Shown one piece after another: positions 57,108 through 64,000 of a DNA stretch of 64,000 nt (within the stretch, counting starts at the first letter, position 1; each line of letters starts with the position of its first letter). The notes under the pieces are model-generated. The model saw only the letters and a program-made list of their open reading frames with translations. It was not told where the DNA came from and ran no database searches. The stretch lies in NCBI RefSeq assembly GCF_009914755.1, contig NC_060928.1; one strand, written 5' to 3'. The stretch is from the human T2T-CHM13v2.0 reference genome, Homo sapiens. Both the position numbers and the translations under genes were made by a program.

Positions 57108-57782
57108 CTGTAAAGGAGCAATATTGGTGTCTCTGAAAAAATCTCTTACAGCACACAATGTCCTGTCTGCAGAATGCCTGCAACACACTCTTGACACATC
57201 AAAGAAATGACTTCTCATATGATGGGCATCCTACAGTACACCTTTAGCTACTGTTTTAAAGCCACACCGAGCAATCAGAAATAAATATCTGGAAATTCTC
57301 AGGCAGCTCAGCAGTTGAATTAAATTTCAGAGTCAAATGTATTTTCCTTAAGTCATCAAGTTTGTCAAGAAGGGCTAAATAAGGCTACTTGTGTATGAAC
57401 AAATGCTTCAAAGAAAGAATCTTCTCAACTAGCAGAAAGGTCTAAGGCTAACAATTAGACTAGAAGATTGGAAGAAACCTCCAACCCTGTGTGAGGCTCC
57501 CTGCTCCTGACCAGTAGGTTCAAGAGCATTTGTCCATCTGGCCCAGAAATGCATGCTATGTGTCTCCTGATGGCAGACACTGTGAGCTAGCCATCTCTTC
57601 AAGCTCCTTCGTACCCCCTAAATGTTTGTTGTCAAAAGCCAAACCAGTCTTTCTATCTGAAGGCAGAGAAAGAATTTGTAAGATTTTATATATCTTAGGG
57701 ATGCAAAAGAAAGACAAAGAAACCCTGGTTAAAGTATGAAGCTTAACCCATGGAAGCAGTGACTGCAATAGTTAAATATATT

Positions 57783-58367
57783 TGGAAACCAAAAAAGTAT
57801 CTGAGACAGGTCTCAATCAGTTTAGAGGTTTATTTTGCCAAGGTTGAGGAAATGCCTGGGAAAGAGATGCAAGTCACAGTAGGCTATGTGGCTTGCACTT
57901 TTTCCAGGGAAGGTTTTTAGGACTTCAATATTTAAAGGGGAAAAGGGGCAACAGGGGGAAGAAAGGGGAAAGGGAAAAAAGGAGGGAGGGTATCACATGT
58001 TGTGTGAAAAGGTGGGGAAGAGGGAACAGTCAACTCTGCATTTGTCTGGCGCTCAGTAAATCTGCACTTTACATAAGATAAACGTAGAGGAAGATGACAA
58101 ATATGACCTTATCTTAGGGTGGTGGGGTGGGGGGGGAGTAGGTGGGGGTGATTTCTAGTCTTCTGTGGTCTTGTACCTGTGAAGAGCTGTTAATTTACAT
58201 TGTCAGGGTGAGGGAGGCCCCCTTGGGAGACATGAGGCCGTCTATCTTGCAGCTATCTGTCTAGGAACAAAAGGAAAGGCAGCTTTTTGCAAGACTCAAT
58301 TTCCAAGCGTAACTTTTCCCTTTGGCAAACTGAGTTTGGGGTCCTGAGATTTTGTTTTCCTTTCGCA
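57783..58367 (-). mobile_element. MER4A-like ERV1 solo LTR, sense to TBC1D9
   Basis: Minus-strand start TGCGAAAGGAAAACAAAATCTCAGGACCCCAAACTCA; 4-bp TSD TATT at 57779-82 and 58368-71. Confidence 0.82.
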
Positions 58368-58374
58368 TATTTAA

Positions 58375-58990
58375 AGGATAAAGAAAAAGCTGACAAACAG
58401 CATCGAGTGTTGGTAAAGATATCGTGCAACCAAAACTCTTATATACTGCTGGTTGGAGTATCAGTTGCTACAACCGTTCTGAAAATCTGTCTGGCAGTAT
58501 CTACTGACTGAACATTCTCATATTCCACTACTAAGTATATAACCCCCCCAAGAAGCATATACATATATGCTATATATATATAGATTTATTTTACTTTACC
58601 GAAAGACATATGCTAGAATATTAATAGTGACACTATTAACCAAAAGTCAGTAACCACTCAAATGCTCATGCACAGAATGGATAAAGAAATGGCAATATCA
58701 TCACATAATCAACTATTTTGCAGCAATAAAAAGAACAATATATTTAAATCTTACAATCATAATACTAAGCAAAAAAAAAAAAAAACAGAAGCAAAAGAGC
58801 ATATTCCGTGAGATTCCATTTGTATCAAGTTCAAAAGAAATCAAAGATCATCTACGCTTTTAGAAGTCTGGAGATTTATTAACCATGGTTGGATGGACAG
58901 TGATATGAAAGGGGCACAAGGGGCACTTCCAGGTTGCTAGCACGTTCTATCTTTTGATCTGAGTAAACAGTTACATGAGTGTATTAAAAC
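58375..58990 (+). mobile_element. L1ME-type 3' fragment
   Basis: AGAATGGATAAAGAAATGG..., GATTCCATTTGTAT...GTTCAAAA motifs. Confidence 0.6.
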
Positions 58991-59085
58991 AGAGGCTTTA
59001 AAAAGAGTGCCTTTGTGAGCCTTTGACCTCTTTATCAATACCTACTCCCCAGGAATTTGCAACCATTTTTATCACCTCCACTTTT

Positions 59086-62000
59086 TGTTTTATTGTTGTT
59101 GTTAAAAATGAACTCAGTATGTTTAATAAAGTTTGGTATTATCAAAATCGCAGTACAAACATCAAGTCACACGCCCACATGACAGAATTCCATTTATAAA
59201 ATGTTTCTCGGGAAGCCCCCACTGGGCCCGTGCCCAAAGAGAGCCTGACCACAGCCTGGGGTCTCTGGGTGGGCAGAAAAGGTGAGTATGGGGGTGGGGA
59301 GGAACTCGGGGTAGGGGGAGGAGGGCGGAGAGGAAGGAAAGTGGAGAAAAATGCAGACTCAGAAGCAGTCCATATAACAGCTCAAAAAGAGCTAGCCGGC
59401 GATATTATCACAACGATACAGTACAAATCAAAGCAAAAATAAAAATAATTTGGCCGATACAGCAGGCTACACTGCCAAGAACCCAGATGGCGGCCTTCCT
59501 GCGGCCATCCGCACGGGCCTCCTCACCCCCCATCTCTCCCGTGCGCCCACTCGCTTCCTTCTCGCTCACTCGCAGGCACTCTCTCGCTAGGAAACACAGA
59601 AAGTATTTTGTGTTTGGAGATAGTAACCTTAGTCAAATGAATCTTCCGAAGAGTCGCTGAAGGAGGAATGCACCTTAGCCTCTCGAAGCAGCAAACAAAA
59701 CCACTGCTTCCTGCTGGTGGCTGGCTTAGGTTTCAGAGTCCGGGAGGGGGCGGAGGAGGGGGTGTGTGCCAGGCCCTCTTGGTCAGCTAGGGGCCGCCAG
59801 CTGCCTTGCTGTCCTTTGCCACCATGCCACACAGGAGGGAAGGCATCAGTTTGGAGCTAGCCGGAGGGGCCTTGGGCGGGCCACTCTCCTTCAGGAATTC
59901 TTCGTCTTCCTCTGAGTCTGTATTGTAAGAGTAGCTGCTCACTTCGGAGGCAAACGCGGAATGGGCCGACTTGGGCTGGCCTCTGGCCTTGAACCCCACC
60001 CCTATCTTCCTGGCTTTGGCGGCCCTTTTGTGTTTACCTTCTCTGGAAGATTTCAGAGACAGGCCGGAGGCCCTTGGCCAGCACCTTCCTGTCCTTGCCC
60101 AGCAGGCTGTCATAAGGAGTTAAGTACTTGCTGCAGCCCCTGCCAGTTTTTGATTTCCCCCCAGCACTGTCTGAAAACTTGAAGGGTGACTTCAACTTGT
60201 CCTGCTTGGTGAGGGAGAGGGCCTTTGTCGAGCTTGCTTGCCAACTGCTCCTGGTCGCTGTCCATCTTCTTCTTCTTAATCTTCAGCTGACTTATGAACT
60301 TAGACGAAGCCTCGTGTTCATCCCAAGTCTGGTTCCTCTCCCTGGCTTTCCCTGTTCCAATAAGGGCATTGTGTTCCTCCTTGGGCCCTTTGTGTCTCTT
60401 CCTTATTCCTGCTCCCAGCTCATAGTCATCTGATGTCGGCAGAGATTTGCTGCTCAGCTTTCCGCTACTGTTGCAGTTCTTCCCCCTCTTGCGGGCGGGC
60501 GACAGGGCGCTCGGGGGCGTGGGTCTGTTTCCACGGCCTGCGTGCCAAGCTTCCATGGGACTCCTCGTGCCTGTCCTCGGAGTCCCGGCGCCGCTGCAGC
60601 TTCACCAGCTCATGCTGCTTCTCCTTGTACTGGTGCTGGACCTCGGCCCGCCACATTCTGAAGTCCAGTTCCAGGACGTCCATGTCCTCCACGGAGGACT
60701 TCATGGGGTACATCCGCTCCTCCTTCTTGCGCATCCAGCTGTACTTATTGTGGGCTTCAGCTCCCGTGGGAGCCGCAGGTTCTTGAGCGGGTCCCACCAC
60801 GGGCCCATCCAGCACCTCCCTCAGCATGTGGCTGCCGGCTGCCAGCAGGCTCTCCAGTGAGGGCCGAGCCACCAGGGCCCGCTCCGCACCTCCCACCTTC
60901 TTGCTCCTCCTCTCCAGCTCCAGCTCTGCGATCTCGCTCAGCAGGGTGATGCCGTGCAGAAAGCTCTGCTCCAAGACAAGGCTCTCGGCAGCTTCCTGCT
61001 TCTCCAAGGCCTGGACTCCAGTAGCACCTGGGGAGGGCAGAGGCCTGGCCTGGGGCAGCTCCATGGCCACCTCCAGGGTGTTCATGCCAGCCAGTGGGTC
61101 TTCCAGGCCGGGCAGGAACTGCTCAGAGCTTGCCTCTTCCAGGTAGCAGGTGCTGCCGGGCACAGGCACGGCCTCCCGGGGCTCCAGTCTCGGGCACTCT
61201 CCCTCCCCGGCGGGCACGTCACAGTCTGACATTTCTAGGCTGGGCTGGGGCTCGCTCGGGGCCGCCTGGGCCAGGCCTTCCTCCGGCGCTGCCTCTGCCG
61301 CAGGAACCGCCACAGGCACCTCCACTGGCTCCTCCTTGGCCTCCACTAGCGTCTCGGGTGTCAGCTGCACCCCCAGGTCCAATGCGGCCGTGCAGGGTTC
61401 TGTCCGGCCCGGGGAATCCACGCATGCTTCAGGCCCCTCCGCAAAGTCTGGGCACTCAGAGGGCTCGGTGCAGCCCTGCCCGGTGGCACTCAGCGCCTGG
61501 GCCTCCAACGGGCCACCTCTGCATCCGCCTGCAGGGCTCGGGGTAGCCATGGTTTCCATGGCGGGCAGTGGCAGCGGCAACTCCAGAGGCGGCAGCTCTG
61601 CGGGGCGCTCGTCCACATCCTCCACCTCCACCTTCGCCTCCTGTTCAGCCAGCGGCTCTTCCTCCGGGTCCTCCCGCAGCGGCTCTGGGATCTTGGAGGG
61701 GGACAGGAGGATGAGCTTGTCTTCGGGCGAGAGTGTCAGGCGCTTGGTCCCATCAGCTGGGAGCAGCACATCAGGGGCCAGGCCATCCGCATCGGCGGCC
61801 ACTGTGGGCTGCCCCAGGAAAGGGTAGGGCCTCCCGTAGTGTGGTGGCAGGGCTTGGAACGGATACCTGGGCGGCATATCTGAGAACAAGGCCTGGAAAG
61901 TGCTGGGGGCTTCCTTATCCAACTCCAAGTCCTTCTTCTCGACCACGTTGTCGGGGGTCTCTTCCTTGCGGGTGATACCCGGGGTGGACAGCAGGGAGTG

Positions 62001-63155
62001 GGGAGGCAGGCTGGTGGGGTGGGAGCTAGGGGTAGCAGGGTAGGTGTAGGCAGGCGCCTTGGACACGTCCTCCAGCGGCTGGATGACCTTGGCCTTCAGT
62101 GCGGCCATGGGGGACGCGCGGGGCGATGGCGGCGGGCTCACCGCCTTGCCATAGATGCTCGCAGGGCCGGCAGCCAGGCGGGGGGCTTTCGCAGCAGCAT
62201 CCCAGGGCAAGCGGTGGCCAGGCCAGCCTTGCCCCCGGCCCCCAGGCCCCAGTTGCTCCACTTCTCCTCCATCTCTGCCTGGTACTCCTCTGCGCCTTCA
62301 GCCGCTCCAGCTGGGTGCTTCTTTGCAGTTCCAGGGCCTGGGCCGCCCGCTGCTGCAGGTACAGGAACTCCTGCAGCTGCAGGAAGTGCTGGAGCGAAAA
62401 GAGCTGCAACTGCTGGGCCTGGTGCAGGGGGCTGCAGCCTGGAGAGTACAGGGCGGGGCAAAGGGGCAGCACGGTGGCCCGCTCCATCAGCTCCGCAAAG
62501 TGAGGCAGGTGATCTCTGGGAATGACCAACAGCTGGCCCGACTGGGAGTCCCTGACAAACTGGTAGGGCGACAGCAGGGAGCCCCCAGGCTGGGTGGGAA
62601 CGCAGGGGCCATGCCCTAGTGCAGAGATGGAGGTCCCAAGCCCTAGGGGTGTCCGGCAAGCCACATGGACATGCTGCCCGAGCGGGACAACCAGGGGTGC
62701 GTGGCCAGATGGGTTGCGGGGTCCACAGACCAGCAACCGGAGCCTGCCAGCACTGGGCCCCAGGTCACCAGGAGGTTGGGGTTCAGGCCTTTAGGAGCAC
62801 AGCTGGTAGGGTGCACGTGGGCCAGGTCAGCCAGCTCATTACTCTCTCTGAGCAGCTTCTCCTGATCTCAGTCCAGCCAGGCCCCCAGCAGCCATTACTC
62901 CTGGTGTCTGGCCCGGTGTCCACACAGTCCTCATCTGCTTGGCTGTGCTCTTTCACATTACTCAGTGACAGAGGGTGCTCCTGGTCTGCCAGCCCAGGCC
63001 CCAGCCAGCCACTGCTGCCACTATCCTTCTGCAATGCCCACAGGCGGGTGTCGCACTTCTGCTTCACCCTGGACACCAGAGCCCGCGCATCCAAATGCCT
63101 TGGCACTCTCCGGCCTCTCTGGGTCGCGCTTCAGCTGCGGGCCCCTGCCCACTGC
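59086..63155 (-). pseudogene. TNRC18P1: 5'-truncated processed pseudogene of TNRC18 in a TBC1D9 intron
   Basis: Intronless TNRC18-like peptides (YQFVRDSQSGQLLVIP, KAVSPPPSPRASP, LLSEIAELELE, SYNTDSEEDEEF) with frameshifts; ATTAAA at 59127-59122; degenerate A-tail 59086-59103; TSD TATCA(C/T)CTCCACTTTT at 59070-59085 and 63156-63171 with a TT/AAAA L1 endonuclease site. Confidence 0.92.
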
Positions 63156-63799
63156 TATCATCTCCACTTTTAACTACCCCTAAGCCACTATCCTCTCTTG
63201 CGAGAGCCTCTATATACATCTCCGCACTTCCTCCAGGCATGCATCATTATCTTCCCCCAGTAGTAAGAATGGTTCTAAAACCAGAGTCAGACAACACTCT
63301 TCCTTTGTTTAAAATTCCAGTGATTTTTCATCCTCTCTTGGGATAAAATTCCAAGGCCTCTAAGCCCTTCATGCTCTTTCCACCTTTCACAATGCCCTCT
63401 CTGACCAGCCACCACCAACCTCTTCTTACTCATTAGTTCTAGTGGCCTCTTCATGTTCCCCAAGTGCATCATGCAGGCTCCCTGCCAGCCACGGCCTGAG
63501 CACCGGCTGCTGGCTGCCCCCTCTGTGCTTCTCTCAGACAGCACTGTATTCGGTCCTCCATGGCATCTGTGTCTCTGCTAATTGTCATCTCACCAGAACA
63601 ATAAACGCTCAGAGAAACAGTATGTCCCCACCCTTCACTGTGCCATGTTCCTTCTTACTTGAATTTAGCACCACTTTGCATTTGTTTTTGTTTGTTGGTT
63701 TGTTTTTGCTTAGTAAATCTATCACCACTTACTCTATGGCAGAGACTGTGTGACCAGGACATGAGCCGAGGACAGTGCTGATTCACATGTAAGTGCTCA

Positions 63800-63995
63800 A
63801 CAAATATTTGCTGAACTTAGGGGGTCCTCATGATCATTCCAGGAAGTAAGTGCTCTTCCTATCCCCATTTCAGAGACAAAGAAATCGTAGTTTAGCCAAA
63901 ATCATTAACTTGCCCAAGTCTACACAGCTGGTAAGCAGCAAAGCTAAGTTCAAACCCAGGTCGTCTGATTTGAGAACTCGTGCTCTTAGCTCCAT
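63800..63995 (-). mobile_element. MIR
   Basis: CCCCATTTCAGAG...AACTTGCCCAAGTC...TTCAAACCCAGG core. Confidence 0.65.
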
Positions 63996-64000
63996 CCCGG

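Noticed and set aside
59592-59615. Small hairpin AAACACA..TGTGTTT next to the retrocopy junction
   Set aside because: Short AT-rich stem that could easily occur by chance
60128-63173. Many plus-strand ORFs up to 225 aa
   Set aside because: Antisense to the GC-rich TNRC18 retrocopy, where stop codons are scarce; no recognisable domains

Overview
This is primate, almost certainly human, genomic DNA. The right half (about 38.5-64 kb) is the 3' end of TBC1D9 on the minus strand. Eight coding exons were reconstructed from GT-AG boundaries into one continuous reading frame that includes the EF-hand, followed by a ~1.4 kb 3' UTR and a poly(A) signal. An upstream intron holds a ~4.1 kb co-oriented processed pseudogene of TNRC18 (TNRC18P1-like) with a poly(A) remnant and a 16-bp target-site duplication (TSD). 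The left half (1-38.4 kb) is intergenic and dominated by transposable elements: an internally deleted Hsmar1 mariner, a nested L1 > L1PB > ERV1 provirus > Alu complex with a large deletion, solo LTRs (LTR18-like, THE1, MER4-type), two twin-primed L1s, and many Alu/MIR/L2 copies. I see no CRISPR array, RNA gene or convincing novel multi-gene system, and nearly all listed ORFs are repeat-derived or GC-rich antisense artefacts. The best leads are in the TNRC18 retrocopy: it appears to record an isoform lacking the C-terminal BAH region, and it keeps a 598-codon ORF containing a compensated frameshift pair. Other leads are a tandemly duplicated tRNA-Pro primer-binding site in the ERV, an unassigned GC-rich segment inside that ERV, and several repair or insertion scars. 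Repeat family names and comparisons to the parent protein come from recall and need Dfam/BLAST confirmation.
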